This document shows positions 19,227 to 28,071 of a DNA stretch of 64,000 nucleotides, in pieces. Position 1 is the first letter of the stretch; every line of letters starts with the position of its first letter. The stretch covers positions 159,651-223,650 of IMG/VR virus record IMGVR_UViG_3300027985_001318; one strand, 5' to 3'. A model generated the notes under the pieces. It saw only the letters and a list, made by a program, of their open reading frames with translations, did no database searches and was not told the origin of the DNA. A program made the translations under genes and the position numbers.

Positions 19227-19817
19227 ATGTCCGTTTATCTTATCGCCGCTATGGATGACTGTGGCGGTATTGGCAAAGAAGGTAACTTGCCCTGGCGTTC
19301 GTCAATGGATCTGCAATTCTTTAAACACATGACAAAGGGTCAGATCGTGGTGATGGGGCGGAAGACTTACGAGTCTCTTCCTAACGGCCCGTTACCTGAT
19401 CGCATCAACTGGGTAGTTAGTCGAAACGGACCGGAAGGCTTCGATGGTAAAGTTCATTGGTTCCAAAGCCTGGAAGCAATGCTTGGTCATTATTTCTGTT
19501 CCTGTGCCGACCAGAAAGAACTCTGGGTTATCGGCGGCGCTGAGATCTATCGGCAAGCCATCTACTGGCCTTGTCTTGACGGCATTGTGAGAACCTGGTT
19601 CAAAACCAAGGTGGAAGACTGCGATGCTTTTTTCCCGTTCGATGTACAGAAACCTTATCAGAACCTGAAGCAACATGTCTGCGAAGGAGAACCAGAAATA
19701 GTTTTCTCTTTCCTCTACAAAAATCTCGACCAAGCGTTTAAGAGATTCGGTGAGTTCCAAGAAACGCTAGAGCAACTCAACAAAGATCCACTCAAGCGTT
19801 TTAAAGTTAACAACTGA
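19227..19817 (+). CDS. folA: Dihydrofolate reductase
   Basis: GIGKEGNLPW, VVMGRKTYESL, PLPDRINWVVS, VIGGAEIY, DAFFP. Confidence 0.95.
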   Translation: MSVYLIAAMDDCGGIGKEGNLPWRSSMDLQFFKHMTKGQIVVMGRKTYESLPNGPLPDRINWVVSRNGPEGFDGKVHWFQSLEAMLGHYFCSCADQKELWVIGGAEIYRQAIYWPCLDGIVRTWFKTKVEDCDAFFPFDVQKPYQNLKQHVCEGEPEIVFSFLYKNLDQAFKRFGEFQETLEQLNKDPLKRFKVNN

Positions 19818-19866
19818 CACCTTTCTGGGCGTATAACAAACAACACCAGAACTAAGGAAATAACAA

Positions 19867-21606
19867 ATGGAAATCAATGCTATTGTGGCTGTTAAAGACA
19901 ATTTCAATTGCGCTGAACACGCTCGTGAAATCGGTGAAATGCTCGATGCGCTGGGCGGGAACAGCGTGGCCTTCGATACTAACTGTAAAGATAAAATCTG
20001 GGAGACCTTTATCGAAGCTCTTCCTGAAGATCTCCGTGGGTACTGGAGCTGTAACTGCTGCAGAGATTTTTTCCGTGAACATGCCAGTAAGATCGTTGTA
20101 ACCGAGATCGCTCTCAACAAGTTGGATGTTCGCCCATTGTTTTTGTTCAAGACAGTAGCATCTACGCTGGACGTCAATATCGACAAAGCGTTCTCTGTTT
20201 GTCGGGAACTAGTGCTGAACGCCAAGATCAACAACTGCACCGGTATTGCAATACCGGGAGCAACCGTTCATGGTCGCGGTGGTAAACCTACTACAGTAGG
20301 TTTACCCTTCCGTGGGATTCGTTCCGCTAGCACCGAAACTGAGCCGGCCGTATATTGGGAACATTTCCACCACCATTCCAACATCCGCGTCCAAATCCGC
20401 GACGACCTTGTCAACAGCGACTGGTCTGAACATATCGCCAAGGCTTACAGTCTGTTCGGTCCCGCCGTTCTAGAAAAGAAGATCAAGGCTACGAACGAGC
20501 TGCGCCGCTACTTGAGTGACGTTAAGAACAGAGGTTCTGGCGAACTGGATCTCTTTGTTGAAAAACTTCAACGATTCAACACCAATGACTCGCTGCTTTT
20601 CAAGTACCGAGCTGTGATAGATCGCCGTTTCGTGATACATTACAACAGCCGTGCGATCACCGAAGTAATTGATAGCCTTATAGAAGCTGCCGAGATCCGT
20701 GGTTTTAACGAAGCTACGCTAGGTATGGCAGCTGGGAGACTTGCGGTCTTAACCAACTTTACGACTTTCCGTCGTAAGGCCGACGCCGACGCCAACCAAC
20801 TCGCTGCCGCTGAAAAGGCGCTTAATGAAATGGGCTATATGCAACATCTGGCTCTGCGGCACATGACCGACGCTGATCTGGACTGGAAACCCATTAATGT
20901 CAGCGAACCAGAGGTTCCTGTTGAGAAGGACTTCTCCCAACTTTTCAAGGAGGCCATCGAGAAGAAAAGCGAAACTGCTTTCGATAAGCCAGTTCGCCGA
21001 CTGGTCGGTCAGCAACGACTGATATCCATGAGTAAGTTTGTCGAATTGTTGGAAGCAGGGGAGGTGGAGGAGCTGTACTGTCGCTCCACTGAGCTGCTGC
21101 TCTCTGAAATGCGCCGCCAGGTCGATAACAGCCGTCCGATCACCAGCAAGACCGATGTCGATGTACATTCGGTTTGCTGGGTCAGAGACGCTACCGGAAT
21201 CGGCAACCATCGCCCGGCATTCAGCACCAAAGACTACGGGATCACTACCACTCGCCTCTACGACATTGAGGTAGTTAAGCCTGTCGGCTATCATGTTTTC
21301 GATAGCTCGAACGGTAACAAAACGGTAATGTTCAAGTACGACGCAACTAAGGCTCCGTTGATCGAAAACGGTCCGTATCAGATCGCTACGGAAACTCTCT
21401 GCAAGGAACTCTACCCGTATCGGGCAGCGATCCGTGCAGTAAGCCTGCGCGTACCTAGCGACGGTAAAATTCCTTGCGTTGTTTACAAGGTCTCTTTGCG
21501 TCCCGGAACAGTCGATGACCTGGAAGTCCCGATTCAGTACGATGAGCGTTTGATCGTTCGTTTCAAGGACTCCGATAGCTACTACATCCTCAAGATCGCC
21601 GGTTAA
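19867..21606 (+). CDS. Phage protein of unknown function with CxCC and WxHFH motifs
   Basis: 579 aa; WSCNCCRDFF and YWEHFHHH; AAGGAAA RBS. Confidence 0.75.
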   Translation: MEINAIVAVKDNFNCAEHAREIGEMLDALGGNSVAFDTNCKDKIWETFIEALPEDLRGYWSCNCCRDFFREHASKIVVTEIALNKLDVRPLFLFKTVASTLDVNIDKAFSVCRELVLNAKINNCTGIAIPGATVHGRGGKPTTVGLPFRGIRSASTETEPAVYWEHFHHHSNIRVQIRDDLVNSDWSEHIAKAYSLFGPAVLEKKIKATNELRRYLSDVKNRGSGELDLFVEKLQRFNTNDSLLFKYRAVIDRRFVIHYNSRAITEVIDSLIEAAEIRGFNEATLGMAAGRLAVLTNFTTFRRKADADANQLAAAEKALNEMGYMQHLALRHMTDADLDWKPINVSEPEVPVEKDFSQLFKEAIEKKSETAFDKPVRRLVGQQRLISMSKFVELLEAGEVEELYCRSTELLLSEMRRQVDNSRPITSKTDVDVHSVCWVRDATGIGNHRPAFSTKDYGITTTRLYDIEVVKPVGYHVFDSSNGNKTVMFKYDATKAPLIENGPYQIATETLCKELYPYRAAIRAVSLRVPSDGKIPCVVYKVSLRPGTVDDLEVPIQYDERLIVRFKDSDSYYILKIAG

Positions 21607-21656
21607 CCAAATATAGGAGAGGGTTCCCCCTCTCCTACTTTTTAAGGAATAAAAGA

Positions 21657-22556
21657 ATGAGAATCTACATTTCAGATAGCTTGGATTCAGTAAAAGAGCA
21701 GTTTCAAATCGAACTCCCGATGACCTATAGCTCAGGAGCTGAACAAGTGTTCATAAGAGCTGTCCCGCACCCAAGTGTTCGGGGCGCTCTGGAGGCTCTA
21801 TCTGCCTCTGGTTGGACAGCTTTTATGTTTATGTTTAAGAAAACACAAGGGTTTCCGAAAAACTGCTTCGAATTCGAGGCTTTCAGCGGAACATTTCATC
21901 CACTGCCTAAAGCGGAAATTACTTCGCTATTCCAGGCAGCCGAACAGATAGATTTTTACTGGCCTGGTGCAAGTCTGTTCTCGTTCCATACAGCGAGTTT
22001 GAAAGCGTTGAGCGAAGAAGAGATCGATATTGCTAAAATCATCGATGACCGTTTCTTCTCTCAACTTTTTAACCTCAAAGGCAGTAAGCTGAGTTATACC
22101 AAACTGCAAAAGGCGGTAATTCTTAGCGGTAGCCATAAAAATGCGGTTACCTTTGCCGGGAAGCTTTATCTGAAGAATCCGACTTTCTGTTTGGATGCCC
22201 AAGATAACGGCTGTGTCTATATGCAGCTAACTCCAAGCCCACAGATGGAAGCTCTTTGTAATATCATTGAGGCAGCTGAAGCACAGGGTGTCGAGGATCT
22301 TGTCAAGACTTGTCTGACTAAAGACGCTTTGAAACTCGTCAACGTAAAAATTGAAGCGTTTGATTCCACCTTGGAACTACAGCCCATCGAAAAGATCGTT
22401 GAAGTACTTCGCAAAGCCACTGAGATCCACGTAGAATACCAAGGGCTGGTATGCAGTACGTTGGAGCTCAAGCGAGAGTGGGCAGCTCTTAACGACATTG
22501 ATTACTTCGATGTAGTTAGCGAGGCTGTAAATAACTGCTTTCTTGAACAACTTTAA
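21657..22556 (+). CDS. Hypothetical protein, tandem paralog family member 1 (two domain copies)
   Basis: Similar to the next two ORFs; internal repeat. Confidence 0.75.
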   Translation: MRIYISDSLDSVKEQFQIELPMTYSSGAEQVFIRAVPHPSVRGALEALSASGWTAFMFMFKKTQGFPKNCFEFEAFSGTFHPLPKAEITSLFQAAEQIDFYWPGASLFSFHTASLKALSEEEIDIAKIIDDRFFSQLFNLKGSKLSYTKLQKAVILSGSHKNAVTFAGKLYLKNPTFCLDAQDNGCVYMQLTPSPQMEALCNIIEAAEAQGVEDLVKTCLTKDALKLVNVKIEAFDSTLELQPIEKIVEVLRKATEIHVEYQGLVCSTLELKREWAALNDIDYFDVVSEAVNNCFLEQL

Positions 22557-22570
22557 CTAAGGACAAGGAA

Positions 22571-23578
22571 ATGACATTACGTCTTTACATCGGTGCTTCT
22601 ATCGAGGCTGTCCGTGAACAATACGGCGAACTACTTAATGACCTGTCAGGTAAAGGCCTCAGTGAGAGCTACGGTCCTGACGAAACGGACGTGTTCGTAA
22701 AAGCCATTCCTGGACGGTTACTCAAGCAATTCCTTCTACTTCTAGGTAAGGTTAAGGATGAAACCCTGCCTGATTTCGTCAGAGATTTCTTGAAGATAAG
22801 GAAAGATTGTTTCGAGTACGAAATTGTCGACAAAAATGGGAAGGCTTTGTCTGAGGAAGAAACGGATAAAATCTTCACTGAAGCCACTCTGGCGTATTTC
22901 TGCTGGGAGGATGGAACCAAGTTGGAATTTCCTGGGGTAGTTGAAGAAGAACTCTGGCTTGCCCTGCCTTTCTTATACAGGAAAAAACTCATCAGCAGCT
23001 GTTTTATCAGAGATCTACGACGTGAACAATATCGATTGAGGGCTATGAAAGTGGAACAGGCTACTGAAAGTATTGGTAAAGCCAAGAAAATTATCCTGGC
23101 CGGCTGTCATAATGACGCAGTCGATTACGCTAGACGCAATGGACTGAACACTCCGGACTTTTCACATGTCGGCGAGACCGATGTCCTATTCCTACGGTTA
23201 GTGCCAAATAAATCACTGGAAGGCGTCTGTAAGTTGATTCGCCTGGCTAAACTGGAAGGGCTCTACGACCATCTTCGTCTGATCTACAGTGCCACCGAAA
23301 TCGAGCAGTTTCGGTTGGCTATTTGGGTATACGATAACAAGATGGGAACGAAAAGCTGCGTCGATACTGGTTATCTGTTGAAAAACGCCGAGGAGATTCA
23401 CTATTGTTGCTCTGATCTGTTCGAGGGCAAGCTGGCTATCCCAGAGAACTGGCAGACGTTGCCCGACACTGAGGTTTGGCTAGACGCTGAAAGGGTGTTG
23501 GAAAAGATTTTCCTCGGGGAACTGATTACTGTCAACTTCTACGACGATGCTGTTCTAAAGACAGATCTCGGGTCATAG
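22571..23578 (+). CDS. Hypothetical protein, tandem paralog family member 2 (two domain copies)
   Basis: LYIGASIEAVREQY..VFVKAIP..CFEYE and IILAGCHNDAVDYA mirror member 1. Confidence 0.75.
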   Translation: MTLRLYIGASIEAVREQYGELLNDLSGKGLSESYGPDETDVFVKAIPGRLLKQFLLLLGKVKDETLPDFVRDFLKIRKDCFEYEIVDKNGKALSEEETDKIFTEATLAYFCWEDGTKLEFPGVVEEELWLALPFLYRKKLISSCFIRDLRREQYRLRAMKVEQATESIGKAKKIILAGCHNDAVDYARRNGLNTPDFSHVGETDVLFLRLVPNKSLEGVCKLIRLAKLEGLYDHLRLIYSATEIEQFRLAIWVYDNKMGTKSCVDTGYLLKNAEEIHYCCSDLFEGKLAIPENWQTLPDTEVWLDAERVLEKIFLGELITVNFYDDAVLKTDLGS

Positions 23579-23636
23579 TTCAACTAACGGTTAGGGAAGG
23601 AGATCTCCTTCCCTAACTAGAAAAAGGAATAAAGAG

Positions 23637-24092
23637 ATGGTTAAGGAAATTTTTATCAGCACCTCTATGCGCTCTATCAATGTAATGACCCAAAATGTGG
23701 ACATGATACTTTTAGACGGTAAGACGGAGCGTTTGTTTGTTGGTCTACATTTATCTCCCCCAATGAAAGCGATTCTGGAACTGGTGATGAGCTGCCATCA
23801 TTCTGGGCTAGTAAACGAGGTCAGTTTCGCCCTACCTTCACGTAGTTCTCTCTGGGCCAATTTGTTCGTTCTTAATCGCACTGGTCAGGAGGCTATGCGT
23901 GACTTCGCCATGAATGTCTGTTATGAGGCGGAGTCCATTTACTTTGGATATGCCGGCGGGGTATTGCCGTTGCGTAAACTGGAGATAACCGATGACATGC
24001 GTAAATACCCAAGTGATCGTTTTTATCGCACGCTCTGCGGTTTGATAGAGGAGCGTTTGATTAAGGACTTAAAGATTAGCTTCGATTCTTAG
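23637..24092 (+). CDS. Hypothetical protein, tandem paralog family member 3 (one domain)
   Basis: IFISTS..LFV.L..SPPMKAILELV..AESIYF pattern. Confidence 0.65.
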   Translation: MVKEIFISTSMRSINVMTQNVDMILLDGKTERLFVGLHLSPPMKAILELVMSCHHSGLVNEVSFALPSRSSLWANLFVLNRTGQEAMRDFAMNVCYEAESIYFGYAGGVLPLRKLEITDDMRKYPSDRFYRTLCGLIEERLIKDLKISFDS

Positions 24093-24122
24093 GGCCTAAA
24101 GCTTTTTCTTATGGTAAAATCG

Positions 24123-24161
24123 AATCCCAAAAAATCTCAGACCTATATGCCTTAGGTGAGC
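24123..24161 (+). promoter_or_regulatory. Putative early phage promoter
   Basis: Shares 17 nt with 7961-7977 and 22 nt (ATCTCAGACCTATATGCCTTAG) with 41795-41816. Confidence 0.65.
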
Positions 24162-24222
24162 TTAAGGTAGAGAATGGGTTGTCCGCTCTCCTTTAACTCC
24201 TACTCCTTAAGGGGAACGCATC

Positions 24223-24675
24223 ATGAACAACAACCAACACCTGTTCCAAAGCTGGGTTTCTGTCAACATCAACGCCGAAAGCCAGGAAGCTGCTAAGAGC
24301 AACCCTCTGATCGAAGGTGGGCTCCAATGTAGCTTCCAGACCCGTTACAAGGATCTGGAACGTGTAACAGTTACCAACGCGTTCAGCATCAATATGCTGA
24401 GCGAAACCAGTAACCTTAAGTTCATCCAACTGGATGAGTCTGAGGCTAAGTGGGTAGTTAGTAATTTTGGGCACGATAGCGCTGTCGGTCACGCCGATAC
24501 CGCCGCCGTGCTAAGCAGTGTACTCGGCATCGAAGTGCCGATGAACCGCACCACGTTGCAGATGCAGCGCGGTACTGCCCTGCTGGTTGGGCAGTACAAA
24601 GGTCCTCGGTTAGCCGAGGGCACGATGGAGCTTCCGGAAGGGGCTTCCATCGAATGGTGGTTGGTGCGCCACTAA
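24223..24675 (+). CDS. DUF1874/AcrIII-1-family viral ring nuclease (anti-type III CRISPR)
   Basis: NAFSINML, SAVGHADTA (catalytic His), NR and GPRLAEG motifs characteristic of the family. Confidence 0.85.
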   Translation: MNNNQHLFQSWVSVNINAESQEAAKSNPLIEGGLQCSFQTRYKDLERVTVTNAFSINMLSETSNLKFIQLDESEAKWVVSNFGHDSAVGHADTAAVLSSVLGIEVPMNRTTLQMQRGTALLVGQYKGPRLAEGTMELPEGASIEWWLVRH

Positions 24676-24770
24676 GAGAAGGGGACCTAGGTCCCCTCTC
24701 TACAAATTCAAAAGAGGAGGGCTTTCGCCCTCCTCCTATACCCTGGTTTTATTAGATAAGGAGCAATGCC

Positions 24771-25082
24771 ATGTCCCAATTCCGGACTTTGGTAGAAAAC
24801 TCCCTGGCCAATACCGGCCTGGGAGCGCGCGAGTGCTTGGGCAACCCCCAGGTACTCAACGACTTTATCCGTAAAGTCGTGTTGGCCATAAAGACCCCGT
24901 GTCTTTATGGGGCTGACGAAAGCTCTGCTATCTACAGCATTGACTGTGGTAAGAGCTTCGTCATGATGTCTTCAGGGCACTGCGATCTCGGTCGCGACGC
25001 CCTCGACATCAGCACTTTCGACTTCGAGTACGAAGTCGAAAGCTGCCTCGACAGCATCGCTGAAGGTCGAGACGAAGACTAA
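24771..25082 (+). CDS. Hypothetical acidic protein
   Basis: 103 aa, AAGGAG RBS, flanked by hairpins. Confidence 0.7.
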   Translation: MSQFRTLVENSLANTGLGARECLGNPQVLNDFIRKVVLAIKTPCLYGADESSAIYSIDCGKSFVMMSSGHCDLGRDALDISTFDFEYEVESCLDSIAEGRDED

Positions 25083-25127
25083 AAGAATGGGGAGGGTCAC
25101 CTCCCCATTCTTTTTTTACTTAAACCA

Positions 25128-25159
25128 TAGTTTTATAGACCTTTATTACTTAGGTGTAG
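25128..25159 (+). promoter_or_regulatory. Putative early phage promoter
   Basis: TTTTATAGACCTTTATTACTTAGGTG. Confidence 0.6.
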
Positions 25160-25206
25160 TAATAAAGATAAACTAACTTTTTGTAACGTAACTAAGGAAA
25201 CCAAAG

Positions 25207-25938
25207 ATGGAATTCGAAAGCATTAAAGGTTTTTCTGTGGCTCAGGAAAAAGGGTTTTGTTTTGATATCGACAATATTCACAATATCGATATCTTTGCTA
25301 AGCATCAGTCGATTGCTACAGTAAGTGCGTTCCAAAACAAGCTTAGCTGGATTTTACATTGGCGGAATGTTTATTTTGATAAAACCTGTAACATTCAACA
25401 TTACTTCAAACAAACTGGTAATATTGGCTCATTGCTATCCAGTTATCGAGAACTTCCTAAGTTGTGTGTCGAATCACTCAACGTGCAAGAATGTTTGATG
25501 ATCGAGGCTGTCCGTAAAATCAGATCTTTGTTTGACGATGAAATCGTTCATCGACTTTACGCCACAGTCAGCGATGGAGACATAACCCCTTTACGTCTCC
25601 AGACTTTCCAAGACGGGGAACTGACCTGCGACTGCGTTTATCAGACAAGTAGTGAACGCTGGTTCTATTATCTCGACGAACCCACTGCTATATACGAGTT
25701 GATGTGCCGTAGCAATGGCTTTGTTCGAGCAATTAGCAAAGAGGGTCTACAAGTAGGACATATCGCCGAAATGATCGGTGAAAAACTTATCGAGCAGTGT
25801 CCTGAATTTGAAACATTGAATTACAGGAAAGGTAAGGGCGAACGTATCGTCAAGTCCATCCGTAAGGCTATCGGTTCTGCCTTCTGGCACCAGAACTCTC
25901 TCGCTTCCAAACTCCATGACTTCTGTCAACGTCTTTGA
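25207..25938 (+). CDS. Hypothetical protein
   Basis: 243 aa, AAGGAAA RBS. Confidence 0.75.
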   Translation: MEFESIKGFSVAQEKGFCFDIDNIHNIDIFAKHQSIATVSAFQNKLSWILHWRNVYFDKTCNIQHYFKQTGNIGSLLSSYRELPKLCVESLNVQECLMIEAVRKIRSLFDDEIVHRLYATVSDGDITPLRLQTFQDGELTCDCVYQTSSERWFYYLDEPTAIYELMCRSNGFVRAISKEGLQVGHIAEMIGEKLIEQCPEFETLNYRKGKGERIVKSIRKAIGSAFWHQNSLASKLHDFCQRL

Positions 25939-25965
25939 CTTGCAGTTACTAAAGAGGATTAGTCA

Positions 25966-26385
25966 ATGAAAGATCTCGAGCAGCCGCCACTGCTTGGCAT
26001 GGCGGTCTTTAACGCCATTTACAGCTGGCTGGCCGATAAAGGGTATCGTGTCTACGTCTATGTTCCCGATAGCCGTGCTGAAGGTGTGATGGTCCCTGAG
26101 CGCTCCGTGGGCGAGAACGGCAGTATAACGCTCTGCATAAGCCCGAACGCAGTCCTGAAGTTCAGCGTAACGGTTTACGGCATTGGATTCGAGGGTCGCT
26201 TTAATGGCATGGTCTCTCACGTTTCTTTGCCGTGGGGTAGTTTCAGCATTGGCACGCCGGATGCGGACATCAGACCATTCCCATTCCCGGCTTTTCCGTT
26301 CTATGAATTTAACGGAAAAGAACCAATCATTCCCGGTGAAGAACAGCCGCCGAAAGGCAAGCCCAAGCTGTCCGTAGTTAAATAA
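25966..26385 (+). CDS. sspB: SspB-like ClpXP adaptor
   Basis: AIYSWLAD, ITLCISPNAV, FEGRFNG core; C-terminal KPKLSVVK resembles the SspB ClpX-binding LRVVK. Confidence 0.85.
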   Translation: MKDLEQPPLLGMAVFNAIYSWLADKGYRVYVYVPDSRAEGVMVPERSVGENGSITLCISPNAVLKFSVTVYGIGFEGRFNGMVSHVSLPWGSFSIGTPDADIRPFPFPAFPFYEFNGKEPIIPGEEQPPKGKPKLSVVK

Positions 26386-26402
26386 CAGGAGTCGATACGG
26401 AA

Positions 26403-27764
26403 ATGGATATTTTTCAACAACTCATTCAACAAATCACGAACTTGGCCGGAGACAACCAGTTCCTCTCCGGGGGTCTGGCCGTTTACGCCATGGGGATGCT
26501 GACCTATCTGGCGCGCAGAGTACCGTCTGCGCTGATTGGCTGGTTCCAACAGCGTTTTATCGCCAGGATGACTTTCGATAACAGTTCTTGGGAGCGGAGG
26601 CAGATTCAAGAACAATTTGACAAATGGTACGGTAGCACCAAATGGATGGCTGGAGTTCGTAACTTCCGGATGATGGCTGATAATGGTAAGGTGGTGATAT
26701 CTCCCGGCGGCTCCTTGAATTTCTTCATGCTTGGTCGCCGTCTGTTCTGGTTTCGGACCAGTCGAGACAATAGTGAGAGAATGAGTCAGGAAACTGTTTA
26801 TGTAACTGACGTTGCCACGTTCTCTCTCTGGGGCAGCCATAAGGTATTTGATAGCTTTGCACGTCAGTTCTCTGAGACTTTCGATAAAAAGCTTGACGAC
26901 GATTCGGTCTGGGTAATGGGTGAGCAGAACGGCGATTGGTTCCGCCGCCAACGCCTCATGCGACGTAAATGGGATAAAGTAGCTTATAGCCATAAGGTGC
27001 GTGAAAGCATCGATAAAGCTATCAATAACTTTATCGTGAACAAAGATAGCTTTCGGGAGTTAGGGCTCTCTCGTAAACTGACGTTTTTGTTCCACGGCGA
27101 GCCTGGTACTGGCAAGACAGATTTGGCTAGGGTCATCGGCTCCATCACTGGCTTCGATATCTACCCTGTTTCACTTGAAAGCCGTTCGTTGAATAACTTA
27201 GAGCGGGCGTTCTGGGGGATGTCTGACGAAGCTATCGTTCTTTTCGAAGATATTGATAGTTTCGTAGGGAAGCGTGCTCTTGATAACGCCAATGAACAGG
27301 AAAGTCAGGTAGAAGTTCCCCTAGGTAAAAACAATCCTACTTCCAAAACCCAACTGAGTCTCTCATCTATCCTCAATATGCTGGATGGTGTTGCTCAATT
27401 GGAAAACAAGATTGTTATCATTACCACCAACGCCATCAAGGACCTAGATGTAGCGCTTTATCGTAAGTCTCGTGTTGACGTCCTGATGGAAATCAAACGC
27501 TTTGACTCGAACGAGGTTTGGGATTATGTAGGTCGTCTGTTCCCGGAACTCAAGCTCGAGTATAAAATTGCTCTGGTACCGGTAGCTGGCTGTGAGCTCA
27601 GTGAGCTGTTGAGAGAACATCTCTACGATGCGGAGGGTTTCGTTAACAGTCTCTGCGAACGTTATGCTGTGCGTGAGGTTAGTCGAGATTTTGTTAATAA
27701 ATGGGGCTGTGACGATACCGAAGTTCTCAGCTTCATTAAGGAACCAGTTGCTATCGACAAATAG
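26403..27764 (+). CDS. BCS1-like membrane-anchored AAA+ ATPase
   Basis: N-terminal TM; Walker A GEPGTGKT, Walker B IVLFEDID, LSSILNMLDG, TTN..LDVALYRKSRVD. Confidence 0.8.
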   Translation: MDIFQQLIQQITNLAGDNQFLSGGLAVYAMGMLTYLARRVPSALIGWFQQRFIARMTFDNSSWERRQIQEQFDKWYGSTKWMAGVRNFRMMADNGKVVISPGGSLNFFMLGRRLFWFRTSRDNSERMSQETVYVTDVATFSLWGSHKVFDSFARQFSETFDKKLDDDSVWVMGEQNGDWFRRQRLMRRKWDKVAYSHKVRESIDKAINNFIVNKDSFRELGLSRKLTFLFHGEPGTGKTDLARVIGSITGFDIYPVSLESRSLNNLERAFWGMSDEAIVLFEDIDSFVGKRALDNANEQESQVEVPLGKNNPTSKTQLSLSSILNMLDGVAQLENKIVIITTNAIKDLDVALYRKSRVDVLMEIKRFDSNEVWDYVGRLFPELKLEYKIALVPVAGCELSELLREHLYDAEGFVNSLCERYAVREVSRDFVNKWGCDDTEVLSFIKEPVAIDK

Positions 27765-27824
27765 GATGTAAGAAACTAAGAGGAGGGCGAAAGCCCTCCT
27801 CTTTTTTTGCTTAAACATATCCCA

Positions 27825-27856
27825 CGTATTTACAGAACTATATTACCAAGTTGATA
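27825..27856 (+). promoter_or_regulatory. Putative early phage promoter
   Basis: TATATTAC at 27839-27846 followed by CAAGTTGATA. Confidence 0.65.
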
Positions 27857-28071
27857 TGGCCGTCACCAGGACAAAAAGTAATGAAGAAAAGAACTACAAA
27901 AGATATCCATACACTGGCTCCTCGCTGTGTTGAATCATGCAAGATATTACTCTGGCGCAGCCAATCAAATTACAACCAAGAGAGTTGTTAGCTCGCTTCT
28001 AGTTCTACCCTTAAGTTTAAAACTACACCAACCACTCTTATATACAGCAAAATGAGACAGGAGATTCAACC

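Noticed and set aside
27881-27991. 36-aa ORF in the long leader after the 27839 promoter
   Set aside because: Weak RBS and no motif; cannot be supported
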